Positions 1 through 12,962 of a DNA stretch of 64,000 bases are shown one piece after another; the stretch's first letter is position 1; every line of letters starts with the position of its first letter. A program made the position numbers and the translations under genes. Location: NCBI GenBank assembly GCA_001938485.1, contig MQRK01218062.1:6643-70642 (forward strand). Direction: 5' to 3'. Below the pieces are notes generated by a model. That model was not told where the DNA came from and made no database searches. It saw only the letters and a list, made by a program, of their open reading frames with translations. This DNA is from Girardia tigrina (Eukaryota).

Positions 1-180
1 TTTTGATTAGCATGATTTCATGCAACCGATTACATCATCATCATTTTTGTATTTATATACAGGTGAATTGATTATTAATTAGTGACCTGAAGATGACGGT
101 AGATCCGTCGAAATATATTGTCGTAAAATATATTTTTGTAAATAGATTCCAATTTGAAGAGTTTTTACAATATGAAACAG
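1..180 (+). mobile_element. Penelope-like element 3' pseudo-LTR fragment
   Basis: Contains a minimal hammerhead; flanks resemble the pLTRs that follow GIY-YIG ORFs at 10690-10790, 56460-56600 and 63110-63250. Confidence 0.65.
82..124 (+). ncRNA. Minimal type I hammerhead ribozyme
   Basis: gtgac-CTGAAGA-t-gacgg-tagat-ccgtc-GAAA-tata-T-T-gtcgt: full core, 5-bp stem II, palindromic ATATAT helix III, stem I gtgac/gtcgt. Confidence 0.85.
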
Positions 181-559
181 AAATAAATTTTCTTTTGAAA
201 ACCGTATTATATTTTAAGATTACCGGGAAAGAGAGACAAAATTATTGTTAAGAGAACATTTGACAGTTTATTAATTATTCACAAATTTGATCATCTCTAT
301 GGCGATCAATAGTGTGGCTTTCACTTAAATCTGTGAACTATCAGTGTTTTCTTCGCACCAACATTTTGGTACGAACGACACACATCACCACAAAACAAAA
401 TGAAATACAAGTGGGCACCCAACCAACAGACAGAAACTAAAAAATATCAATATCCAAACACAATTTTTTAACAAATGAAAAGACAGAAAGGATATAACAT
501 TCAGCAAACGTAACCAAATCATTAATTTGAAGTTAATATTTCAATCAGATTTTGAGCCA

Positions 560-1100
560 GATTAGTGGTTTGAATAGATTCTTTTCCTTTAGCAACTATG
601 ATGCCATCTCTATCAACAGATAAGACAATCTTTTACGGTTGGTGGTCTTTGTGATTAGTAATCGGCTGCTAACAGCCAAGATCCCCACCTTGTAACAACT
701 GGCTCCGGTGGACTTCCTATAATAGAGAATCTACTCTTATTTTTAATAGTAAGTGCTTTAATGCTTGATATGAGATTGCTGATGTCTTTACAATATAATT
801 TGATCATAAGAGCACAATTGTAAATTATTTCTTGATATATCCATCTTACGAAGATTGTCATCAGTGATTTGCATTATAAAATGGCATTTGGACTAGAATC
901 TATAGACCTGCAATCAATAAGAAAGCACAAAGATGGAGTAGAAATATCTCCGATCAGTGTATTGACATATTTTGGTTGTTAACATCAGATCTACACTTTG
1001 AAACTAAGGAGTTAGTAAGAAGCTCTTTAATACTTTGCTGATGAATTTTGTACAGTGGCATATCAGCTTGCATAGACGCTATAGTAACTTTATAAGCCTG
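560..1100 (-). mobile_element. hAT-like (DUF659/CGGBP-type) transposase remnant
   Basis: ORF 655-861 ends PPEPVVTRWGSWLLAADY, matching the PPEPxxTRWGxWL motif; surrounding frames are broken. Confidence 0.6.
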
Positions 1101-1500
1101 TTAACCCTCTGTAAAAATCGAAATGATATAGAATAAATATGACAAATACGTATTTTTTTAGTTTTTTTATCGTTACAAAAAATTTCAATGTGGTACTGAT
1201 AAATCATCACAACCTCCACTTGGTAGCCGATGTGGACGAATTCAGAAAAAAATATTGCTGATTTCTATTCACAAATTGATTCTGATGATGAATTTGATTT
1301 GGTGGATAATCAAGAACATGGGGAGTATTGCCGAGTTTTTGGAACAGTATCTATAGTCAGTACAGTCAAAAATAATTGTACTTATTGGTACAGTCAAAAA
1401 TAATTTTTTCATATTATTTTTTTTTACTTTTCATACATAAGTTATCAAATAATCTATGTTAAATAAGCTTATTTGAGCAAAAAATCGAGACTCAAAAGGT
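1101..1500 (+). mobile_element. Possible piggyBac-like 5' end remnant
   Basis: TTAA-CCCT terminus at 1101 followed by an acidic DSDDEFD-coding stretch; no partner end found. Confidence 0.25.
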
Positions 1501-1989
1501 TTATAAAATACGAAATTCAAAAATTATTGTTATTTTGTTTTAATAAGATGAAGACTAAAACACAAATATTCAAGTCGCACTCTTTAAATAGGAACGTTCA
1601 AATAGAAACTGATTACGTTATTGAGTTTTGAATAATTTTAATTTAAGCTATGAAATTTATGTTCATTTAATCTGATAATTGAACTTGAATAGTCCACCAA
1701 AGTTAATTACTGTATATTTTGGTGTATTTCAAAACATTTTTCGTAATCTTATATAACATTATCAGAAATTGAACCTTTAATCTATGATGTGTCGGTACTG
1801 GTAATTATATTTCGACGAAGACGATAACATTCTTATTGTGTTAACTATCGATGTAAATATTTGATTATATACGAATACCTTGTTTACTATGACGATTTCA
1901 TGACGAAATGGTCGGTGCTGCTACTTTTTTTGAAATGTATTTGTTACGGTCGGAGATCCATTAAATATTTAGACAACATTTATATTACT

Positions 1990-2256
1990 TAAAAAAAGTT
2001 TTAAAAACTACATTTTCATATGGACTAAAAAGAGGAAAATAATTTTTTTCTAGACATGTGAGAAATTTTATACCTAACCCAAAAACGTGGGGCGGATTTC
2101 TGAATTACTGCTATTTCCTCTTCACTGCTTTTTAGTAACAATCGATTATTTCTATGCCCCACGTTTTAGTTAGGTATAAAATTTCTCACATGTCTAGAAA
2201 AAAATTATTTTCCTCTTTTTAGTCCATATGAAAACGTGGTTTTTAAAACTTTTTTA
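1990..2256. repeat. Fold-back inverted repeat (MITE-like), ~100-bp arms, 62-bp spacer
   Basis: 1990-2093 is a near-perfect reverse complement of 2156-2256. Confidence 0.9.
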
Positions 2257-5200
2257 TTTATTATTATTTTCTTATTTTTTAGTAGTATTATTATACTACT
2301 TATTATTATAAGTAGTATACCAAGATTTAATTTTATAATTTATAAATTTTATATTTTAATTTAGTCCACATAAAATTAAAATTAATTAATTTGAATTTAT
2401 TAGAGCAATTTTGAAATGCAGAGATGCTAAAATCTCAAAATGTCAGGCAGAAGAAGCCTACATAAAAAATTTCAGAACGATCGGATGAGTGGAAGTGGTC
2501 TAAAGAAGTGTGTGAAAAGTGAAACATCACAAACAAACAGAAAGACAGACAGAACCCAAAGCAAGTTAAGTAAAACGTGGTAAAATAAAAAGAATTGCAT
2601 ATATCCAGGAAAGAAAAACACGATTGATACATATATAAAAGTTGTACCAAGACGAACCTAAAGACCAGGATTGAGCAACCGACCCTCTCCTGGGAACCCC
2701 TGTTGCCAGCCGTCCATAATCGCGATCTATTCCGAGAACAAACCATAGATTAATTCAATGAAGAATTCCAAAATTAGTGTCACGCGATTATTCACAATGA
2801 ATAACGGGTGATGTGACAGTAGTCATACGACAATCTTTCGATTGAAAATATAAGACATAACAGACAGTTAATGAAAAACCAACTAATAGAAGTAGTATGA
2901 AGACGCAAACCACCAATCACGATGAGATATACCAAATTCACACACATTACAGAACAGCAACTGGAATAAGCACTGCTATAAATGTAGCAACCTGCCCAAT
3001 AATGCTCAGAATCAAAAACACGCCAAAAACCAAAAACAAAACTGAACCAAACTGAAGCACAATTATTATCGCACAATTTTAACGAACCAATTCGGATACA
3101 TTTTTAAACTCCATTTTCTGAAGACACAATTTCTAAGCCAATTCTATAGACGCAGTTTTCCAAACGCAGTCTTTGACAATTCGTATTAATCTATGAACAT
3201 TTTCATCAGCGACTTTTTGATTGACCGACGAACAATCTAATCAATAGAAATAATTTCGACGACAAATATTCCTCCGGATACAGATCCTGTAGAGACCAAA
3301 TCGCAGTTTGATTGAAATGTAAATTTGACGAAGTTTTTAATTCTTTAATATATGTATTATATAATCATTTTGTTTCTTCGTATATATTCATTTAATAGAT
3401 AAATAATTTGAGTTTACAGTTTCATAGTTTTCTTTTAGCGTTAAGAAGTAGTTAATTTCCCGTCATCGTCGCTCCATCTTTCATAATAGATGTCCGAGGG
3501 GAGCATAGAAGTCGTCATCAAACGAACCGCGAGATGTTCTAGCAGGGAAGATAAATGCCGAATATAGCGCGCTAGAGAAATGGAGAATTATAAAATCTCT
3601 GATCAATTGCAAGAATAATCTATAAGGATTATAAAGAGATATGTAGAATCAGTCAGCTCAATAGTCAACGATCTGTGTGTTAAGAGAGGACCAATCAACA
3701 GACGACAGATACGATAGGGAGAGAGACAGTTATGTGATTTGCAAAAATTTAATAAATCTAGATTGTGTTCTTGTGACTTACCAATTTAAAATTTAATGTT
3801 TAATATTTGTGCTACTTAATGATTAAAAATTTAATGGTTAATATCTGTATTTAATAGTTACAATTTAATATTTGTTTTTCAGAATAATTATAATAATATA
3901 ATTGGATACCTAACTTTAGAAGCAAGTTAATTTCGGATGTCTAATCGAGTGATTACTAATATTTTATTGATGCTTATTTAAAAAAACTTAATCAGCATAC
4001 AAGTGATTCTCCACACATGTTATTAAAACATGATCAGGGTGCGTGGGGTAATCATTTCAAGAGGGTCACAATTCATATACTTACCTGAAGTATAAGCAAG
4101 GCATACAGCGGTATAAAATATTAAATTAGCCACAATAACAGTTATTCATCTCCGAGCGACTCTGAGCTAGTTGAGGGCCTATAGTCTATCCCAACTCAAA
4201 GCCTGAAGACGCTCCAGACCTGCCACTACTGGTGAGATGGCAGACGAAGGAGGCGTGTCCGATTCCCTTATACACAGCAAAGTTAAAATAATAAGTATTT
4301 AAATAAAATAATTAAAGTAAAGTAAAGTTGTCAGAAAAATCGTCTTTGTCAGTGATTATTCAGTGTTTTTTCGCCAAATGAACTTGTGAATCGATTTGTT
4401 TTTTGTGCCGATTTATCACGTGATTATTTCGGTGAGTGGCATGCATTTCAAATCAAATGCAATACAATTATGTAGGCATGTATGCTTTGTGTGTATTTGT
4501 GTGATATGTTTTGAAAATGATTGGTGCGTGTGTGTGTAGTGAATATTTTGTGTTTAATTTTCTGTATTTTTTGTCACAATAAAAAAATAATAATAAGAAT
4601 TTGAATTCTGTTTATTGGGTTCTTGATCAGAAGTTGTCATTAACACAAAACTTTATTTCTACAACAATTTAAGTTTTTTAAACAAATATTTTCATGGAAC
4701 TTTTGCACTTTCTTTTTACACAAACCATTATAAATAAGAATTGATTTAAATATAAATATGGTTATTGTATTTTTTACGAATTAAAATTCTTTACTTTTTT
4801 TAATAAAAAAATTATAAAGTGAATTTATTAAAATTTCCTCACAAATATTTTGTTGCGTCTTTTATTAAATTTCAATTTTATTGTACTATTAAATTTACCT
4901 GTTTCTCAATTAAATTTCCCAATTCTTTACAATCGCATTTTTCATTTCGTTTTCATAATAGTTTTAAAAATTACTTTAGATTTAGTAAAATAATGTTTTG
5001 AAAATAGAATTTAAAATCGCAATTTCGTTTCATTTAACAACTTTTAAATTACCCCTTTTTACATAAAAAATAAAATTATATTTAATATTCAATAACTTTC
5101 TTGATTGAAAATGGCCTGAAATAAAACAAATAAACAAGAATATTTTTTCAATGAAAAAAATTGTATGAAATGTATATGTCATCTGCCTGACGCTCGTTTA

Positions 5201-5365
5201 TACGAACAAATTTTTGAAATGACTAAAAATGACATTTCTAGTAAGATTTGATAAATCAAAATTCGTATATAACTTATCCGTGTGTTATAGATTTATTCTG
5301 CTCAATGGTTAATGAATTCCATATTATTTTATCATTATTTAATTTAAATTCTAAAAATTTTGAAA

Positions 5366-5553
5366 ATAATATGATATGTATACATCAGTGTAGTTTTTTG
5401 ATTTAATTATATTTGTGAAATCACATAGCAATTTTTATAATTTCACTTTTTTTCCAATTTTTCCGGTCCCAAATTTGTGAAATTATAAAAATTGCTATGT
5501 GATTTCACATGTATAATTAAATCAAAAAACAACACTGATATATATCATATTAT
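5366..5553. repeat. Inverted repeat (~80-bp arms) at the 3' end of the pogo element
   Basis: 5366-5446 pairs with 5477-5553; the ATAATTTCAC motif is shared with the pogo 5' end near 8370-8390. Confidence 0.85.
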
Positions 5554-5641
5554 ATTATTAATCCACCAAATAAAAAAAATTAGTATAAAAAATCCAATAT
5601 AATCATAACAAGAAAATCCTCAAATCATACAGTCATAAAAA

Positions 5642-8410
5642 TCATAAATCAAAATAATCGAAGAGTGTCTTTTGCTTTAAATTTTTGCTTCTAATTTGAT
5701 TAATAACAATTTTCAATCTTTTTAATATTCTAATTTCATTATTGCTATTTTGTTCTTGTTCCTCTAAAAAAATTATCAATGACATGTACATGCATTTGTT
5801 GCTTCTTTATAAGTCATGGGAATTATATGACTCTATGAAGAAGAAGATTCATGTTTCCAAAAATTCATCATTTAAATTGTTTGTTAATTCATCATTATTT
5901 AACTCAACATTTAGTTTATACTCTTCTCTATCTACAACCTCTTCAATAAAAATAAATTCTTCGACTGTCATTGGATCACTAACATTAATCTTCTTAATCA
6001 AGTCTTCTAATTCTTTTTCGTCCTTTCGAGCAATGCTTATCTTGTTTAGTGAACTCTATTCAGACTTGATACGTTTCGTATATGTGAAGGACAGGTTCAA
6101 TCTTAAAAATTTTGAAATAATTAATTTTAAAAATAATTTTAAAAAGTTATTTTCGGAAATAATTAAATATTAATTGTAGAGTAAAAACTTAAAATGAAAT
6201 TAATTGGGAGATAATGATTTTTTAAAATAAATATATAAAGATATATATATATATATATATATACGATAAATAAATATATAAGGATAATTATGTTTGTATT
6301 AATTTTAAAAGTTATTCCGAAAAATAAAATAATGAACTTTTTGTTGCCAGAGATGTAATTTAAAGAAAAACAGATCATTTTAAATTTTAAAGTCAGTTTG
6401 AAATTCCGCAAATTAAAGATTTGACAAATACTTCATTCTATACAGTTTCCGTAAAAAATAAAAATTAAAACTTTTATCATTAATGTATCGTAATAATAAT
6501 AATAAATTTGAATATTGTAAATTATTTTTTGTATTTACATTGTATTTAAAATTTGTATTGTATTTAAAATTGTATATTTTTGTATTTAAAATAATTGTAT
6601 ATAATAAAATGCCTTTAAATTGAAATTCTGATAATAAATAAAACGTTGAAATCTTTTATTAATTAAAAACGTTTTCAAAAATAAAATAACATTAAACTAA
6701 TTCTAAAGTAATAAAAAATCATTTTTGTTAATTTAGTAAAAATATGACTACAATAAATTATGTTGATTTAATTTAAATTAAATTGCATAAAATAGTGGGA
6801 TGTAAATTTTCAAAATGAAGAGAATAAAAAAATATTCAATTTTAAAATAGCTTATCAGTATTTATAATTTCATATTTTTATATATAAACAACAAAGACAA
6901 GTTCCACGACGAAAAATTGTTTAAATAATTGTTATTTGTGTTAGAAATAAAATTTTGGTGTTAATGAATCTTAATTTTGATCAAGAAATCAACAGTATGC
7001 TTCCAACAATTTTGAATAGTTTCAGCGGATACATCCTCCCACGCACTAACAACATATTTAATTGCTTGTAATAAATTAAGTTTATTATTAATAATGCCAT
7101 TATTATCTGCCAAAGAACCAAGTAGATAATTTAAAAATCTTTTTCGATATTTTCTTTTGAATGATGCAATGATTCGAGTGGTTGTAACCTCGCGGTTGTA
7201 TTGGGCAGCCAAACATGAACATTTATAGATTTTAAGTTCATATCATTAACATTATGTGGTGATTCGTTATCAAGAAATAATATAATCTTCTTATTTTCAT
7301 CTTTCTTGAAAATTTCATTATCAAATTTCTAAACCACTCTCTAAATATTAATGTTGTCATCCACGCTTTTGTATTTGATTTGTAAATGCAAAATAAGTTT
7401 TCCAAATAATTATTTTTAAAACATCGTGGGTTTTGAGACTTTCCTATGATGAGTGGCTCACATTTCACTGTTCCCGTTCCATTTGTACATAAAGTTATAG
7501 TTATGCACTCTTTATCTTTTTTATTACCAGTTATTCTCTTAGATGCTAATATTTTGTCAGGCTCTAATCGGTAGTAAACTGCTGTTTCTTCAAAATTATA
7601 AACTTCATTAGGATCGTATTGGCTTATTAAATTTTAGGAAATAGGTAAGGATTCATTAACAAGATTTTCATCTACCTTTCCTACCTCTCCGTGAATGTTT
7701 CGTTTTTTTAATCCCATGTCTTTGTTTGAAGCCTGTGAGCCATCCATCTGAAAAATTAATTCTTTCATTTTCCGGAATGAGTAATTTATCACATATTCTT
7801 TTTCCTTGATTAGAAATCATTTAATCAGTTATTATCAATCTCCCTTCGTTTGTATAAAACCATTCAATCAAATCTTTTTCTAATTGTGGATGCCTGATAT
7901 TACCAGTTATAAATGAATTTGGATTCACTATCTGGCTTATTTCGATATCAAATTGAGGAGAATTAACGATTTTAGGGACAGTCGATTGATCAATGGTTTT
8001 CTTAAATTCTTTCTTAATCCAGGAAACGAATTGTTCATGTGTTAGTTTCTTGTTAGCGTTGGAGTGTTTGTAGAGTTTTGCTATTTCCGCTATGGTGAGT
8101 GAAACATTGCACTTCTTAATATGGACCATGTTTTGATGGGTTCTGATTTGTTAAATTTATTTAAAAATTTTGAAAATAAGCAATTAAATTAAATTGATTG
8201 AAATATTTAAACAATGATGACAAATTATTTTTCAAAAGTCAAATAGTGCTCATCAAATTTAATTAGGTTAGTATGAAATTATCAAATTGTGAAATTAAAA
8301 AAAAATTTACGCCTAAAAACATAAGGACACATGATTTTTTTCCAAAAAAGTGGGAAATTGTCCAATTGTGAAATTATCGAGCGTGAAAATAGATAGAGCT
8401 GATAGAGTTA
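5642..8410 (-). mobile_element. Decayed pogo/Tigger DNA transposon
   Basis: CENP-B-type HTH (HPQLEKDLIEWF), PLIIGKSQNPRCFK, KAWMTTLIFREW and AWEDVSAETIQNCWKH motifs; acidic tail and terminal QKTLFDYF PIP-box at 5651-5674; many stops and frameshifts. Confidence 0.9.
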
Positions 8411-9189
8411 TATATAGAAAGTAAGCTAATAAAAAGAATGGAAAAGGGGTCGAAATTAGTGTAATAAAGCTTTTGAGTTATTGCTAAAGATTGTAATTCA
8501 AATTTTAAATCTCCAATCACTCCAATATTTTTCTAAACGATAACGAATTCAATCAACATTAATCGCCCATAATCACAGTTCATGAAATTCAATCACAATT
8601 TCAATGAAAATTAAATCAGCGCCGACTCCTAATTCATTTAAAAAACATTTAAACCATGTTTTAATATTAATTTTTTAAATATCTTTTTTTAAAAATTAAT
8701 TTCTTTTATTTATTACTTTTTTTAATTGATGTATTTTATTAATTTTAATTATTTAATTTTTTTTATATATTATACATATTTAAATTATTCTCAAAAAATC
8801 GGTGATAATAAAGTGTCCTCTGAAAATATAAATCTCCCAAATCCATAATCTAGAAAAAAAATCATAAAATAAATCGTGAAAAATTACACTCTTCGATTGT
8901 TCATGAATATTTTGAACTCGTAATTCTTACATAAATCAAAATGTACATTTTGACATCGAATTTATCAGATTTTGTGTTCGTATAATCGACAATAATAATA
9001 ATATAACAATTGGTCCCATCGTTTGTTTTCCCTAGCTGGAAATTAGAATATCATATTCTGATATTTCTATTTCTCCGCTATTTACCAACTGCTTGAGATC
9101 TCTTTGAATTCCTTCATTTACTAATCTAGTCAATAATTCTGGTTTCCTTTTATCATTCAACAACTTTTGGGAACAAACAAATCTTGACG

Positions 9190-9964
9190 CAACTTTTAAA
9201 ATTTGTTTTTGTTATTAATTTTAGAATCCATTTTTTTGTCTAAAATAGAGAAAAATATAAACTTGTTTCCTTGATACGAACCACTTATTTATCAAAGGTA
9301 CGTAGATGATATGTTTTCAATTTTAAAAATCGAAATCATGTTAAACCATTTCTTAATAACAGGAATTCCCTCCATTCCAGTATAAAATTTACCGTAGAGC
9401 AATAAGTACTCTACAATTCCTAGATTTACTGATAAATAGAAAATCTATTCGCTATGGAACTCAGATTTACAGAAAGAAAACTGACACGGGATTGTACACA
9501 ACTCCGATTAGTTTCTGTGAATATCGGTATTTAGAACACCAATTTGACACCTCATATTTTTATTAACACAACTGGTTTGATTGTCCTTAAGGCAATCTTT
9601 GTCAAAACTTTCATACGAGTGCATTCTAACTAAATTGATTTATGACTTAATTCTTATAATTTTTTAGCAAATGGAGAAATAAATAATTAATTAAAATATT
9701 TACTCAAAACTTATTAGATAAAAATTAAAATGATTATTAATTATTTAAAAAATAGTAATTAGATTTATTTATTAAAAATTGTCAAAGTAATTAATTTATT
9801 TAAAATTTTACAATTATTTTAAATTAAAAATAAATTTAAACATTACATATTTTTAGATAAGAAGAATTCAAATATTAATCATCCATCTGGGTAGGAGAGA
9901 CACATTTCCAAATCAACATACACATTCAAACACAAAACATCAAACATTCAAAATATTCCTCACA
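9190..9964 (-). mobile_element. One end of a TGT...ACA long-TIR element (Ginger/TDD-like) with a decayed Cys-rich ORF
   Basis: TIR 9870-9964 ends CCTCACA and matches the MITE at 31160-31593; inward ORF MHSYESFDKDCLKDNQTSCVNKNMRCQ starts ~9625. Confidence 0.6.
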
Positions 9965-10239
9965 ATAGGTTATAAAACAATATTAATAAATGTTTAATTT
10001 ATCGATCGAGGTCTTTCGTCAACACACATTAAACTGTTGAAAGTATCAGTAAAGTAACAAGTTTATTGAATAAAAATTGATGGTCAAAATCTTATATTGA
10101 AAAATTGAACTCGTAAAATATTAGATAAAATATTAAATGAGTTAACTAATGTTAATAGTAATTCTGACGAAATAACCACAGTATTTGCAATTTTTTTTAA
10201 TTCAAATATGAGCAATAACAACCCTCCTGAATCAAGTAA

Positions 10240-10790
10240 AATTTTATCAGTTCCTTATTTAGCGGGTTTTAAAAACTTTAAAATCATTGATTTTGAAAAA
10301 TATCATTCCAAATATGATGAATTTAAAATTAATATTTCAATAGTATAATATTATGCATGTGTTTAGTAATATATCCTCAACACCTTTCGGTTTATGTCCC
10401 GATCTCGTTTATGAATATACTTGTAATGCGTATAACACCACATACATTAGACAGACTTCCTGTCATCTCTGCAAACGGATCAAAAAGCATAACTGATTGG
10501 ATAATGGGAGCAATATTGGTGAAAATTGTGAAGAGAATGTCAAAGAAAGTAACTTTTAAACTCTATTTAATCGAATTAAAGATTATTTGGAGAGAGTGAC
10601 ATGTGAGGATTTATTAATAAGATCAATGGATCAAAGAATTAATATTAAAGTTCCACATTCAACTTCTTTGTTGAACAATTTCAGATAGAACCTGATGACA
10701 TTATTGATTACAAGTTATATAATTATATTGCTTTGTTAAATAAGCAACAGAATTAATGTTAATTGTAGTCTGAAGATGGCGGGCAATCCA
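10240..10790 (+). mobile_element. PLE 3' fragment: GIY-YIG endonuclease remnant plus pLTR, hammerhead truncated by a gap
   Basis: Frameshifted SVPY..., DLVYEYTCNA, TYIRQTSCHLCKRIKKH, DYLERVTCE; CTGAAGA-tggcgg-gcaat-cc at 10770-10790 runs into Ns. Confidence 0.85.
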
Positions 10791-11689
10791 NNNNNNNNNN
10801 NNNNNNNNNNNNNNNNNNNNNNNNNNNNNNNNNNNNNNNNNNNNNNNNNNNNNNNNNNNNNNNNNNNNNNNNNNNNNNNNNNNNNNNNNNNNNNNNNNNN
10901 NNNNNNNNNNNNNNNNNNNNNNTTGAAAATGGAATAATTATATTTATAGATAATTTTAGATAAATAATTAAAGCTTTGAAAAGTCGGAGTTCGATAAATC
11001 AAATTATCTATCTGTATATAAATAAACATTATTATTATCATTATTATAGAATAATAAATTATGGAATATTTGAAAATTTGATTATTTAGTTATTTTTTTA
11101 TTTATATATACATATTTGTATATATATATTTTAGAATAGTTAATAAATATTTTTCCCCAAATATTCTCGAAAATTAGGCTTATCTGACAAATAATACTAT
11201 AATAAACATATACCTTTTCGACAATCTCTTAAACTTGACGGGTGAACTGTAATTATTTTTTATATTTTAAGAAGTGCTATTCTAAAATAAAATTGCATAT
11301 TTTAAAATTATCCTGTATATTTATATTTATAGTAAAATTGTTATTCCACCTGAAAAAATACATTCGCACCTATTTATTATTTGTAGCTGTTATCATTATT
11401 TATTTTTAACCACAAATTCGCAAAACATCATATTTTGAAATTTAGTATGAAAAAAAAGATTTTTTTTCGTAATTTGCAGTAGAAATTTTTAAAATGTTTT
11501 TTCTATTTAAATAAATTATAAATCACAATATACCCTTGATTTAGAGAATACCTTATAAAAATTCTTACTGAACAAACATTTTACCGATCTTCTGCCTGGA
11601 AAAATCCTATGATCTTTTTTTTATAAAAAACAAAAAAATAGACTTTATTGTCTTAATTAAGTATAAAATATTTTTTAGCGATTTAATAT

Positions 11690-11975
11690 GAACTAGTAAA
11701 TCAAAATTTTTTTTAATCGATGCTTTATGCGAGCAGAGCTCTACTTGGCCAACAAAATTCGTGAAAATACTAACACATACACTAATCGTCTATTGTAATA
11801 TGTATGGAGAATTGAAAATTAAAATTTAGTTAACTTAATTTACTTTTTGTGATCAAATTTTCACATTATCATTTATCGTCATCGAAAATGAGTGAGTGTG
11901 CAAAGATAGGAGAAAATTGATTGAGTAAAACAAGGCTTTCAAAAACAGGTTTCTAAATTCTATCGATACCTATAT
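11690..11975 (+). repeat. Dispersed repeat, copy 1 (unclassified, non-coding)
   Basis: Reverse-complement match to 58167-58440 (gcagagctctacttggccaac...ttcacattatcatttat...ggagaaaattgattgagt). Confidence 0.8.
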
Positions 11976-12149
11976 AGAAAGGAAGTTAATATAAAGCATG
12001 GAAAAAATTTTACTATTAAATGAATTACTATTAAATGAAATCACAAAATATCATTGTTGTCATTCAAAATCTTTGATACAGTTATAAGATAATTTTAATT
12101 TTTAATTTAAAACAATTTTTAAAACAAAATAAACCAGTATAATAACATT

Positions 12150-12300
12150 GACAAAATTTCTTAATAAAAGTCCAGTCTTTTCAAATGAATTATTTCCAAA
12201 ACAAGTAATTAATTTCCATGGATCACCCGTCATCATCATGCAAAACAAATGATGAATAAAACTATACATTCATGTGAAATTAACACTGATACCGACTCGA
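12150..12300 (-). mobile_element. PLE pLTR with degenerate hammerhead (12203-12243)
   Basis: Minus strand aTGATGA-t-gacgg-gtgat-ccatg-GAAA-ttaa-T-T; first core C is mutated and stem II is mismatched. Confidence 0.6.
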
Positions 12301-12345
12301 GGTTTAATATTTTTTTCCAATTGCTATTGACCAATCATAAATTTT

Positions 12346-12361
12346 GGCTCTTAAGAGGGCC
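12346..12361 (-). promoter_or_regulatory. Replication-dependent histone 3' stem-loop
   Basis: Minus strand GGCCCT-CTTA-AGAGCC followed by AAAAT; canonical form is GGCTCT-TTTC-AGAGCC; one stem mismatch. Confidence 0.8.
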
Positions 12362-12680
12362 GTATTTCTTTCAAAGCCATTGGTATTCTTAGCCAACTCT
12401 CCAGACAGCAGCAGTTTCCCTCCCACCCGGATCTCTCTGCTCCTGATCGTCAACTTCTTGTTGTAGTGTGCAAGCCGACTGGCCTCGCTTACGATCCGCT
12501 CGAACACATCGCTCACGAGACTTTTCATGATCGAAATGGCTTTGCCGAAGATACCAGTGTCTGGGTGCACCTGCCACAGGCATAATTTTATCTTTTGTAT
12601 TTCTTCTTCGATTCTCGATTCCTCATTGTCGACAATCTCGATTCTGCTTTCCTAGATTCTCTTTCTTCTTTTACGGACAT
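12346..12680 (-). pseudogene. H2B: Histone H2B pseudogene
   Basis: [46 protein letters not shown]...LLLSGELAK; in-frame stop and deletion near 12590; C-terminal helix missing. Confidence 0.9.
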
Positions 12681-12962
12681 TTTACGATTGTTTTTGAAGA
12701 AGAAAAATGATAACACAACTTCCATTCCGGCACCGACAAGTGTTTTAATGAAACCATCCGACAGATAAAGATCGACTTGCATTCCAAATTCCTCATCGAT
12801 TTTAGAAATCATAATACAATCACAATTCGTTTTATTAGAAAGTAAAATTAAATTATTACTTTAATTGATTTTCATAAACTTTATTAAATGACAATGACAA
12901 TCTATCATTAATTCGTTTAAACAAACGAAAGAATCTAAACGATTTAAAAATTATTATATCTA

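Noticed and set aside
3445-3783. Hammerhead relic (3445-3472, -) and LTR-like island
   Set aside because: Core and stem II partly deleted; LTR lacks clear termini or TSD
4077-4087. ATACTTACCTG as the U1 snRNA 5' end
   Set aside because: Downstream sequence does not match U1; better read as a minus-strand splice donor
5742-6173. 143-aa plus-strand ORF and similar short F/I/L/S-rich ORFs
   Set aside because: Antisense shadows of transposase frames or low-complexity AT-rich DNA
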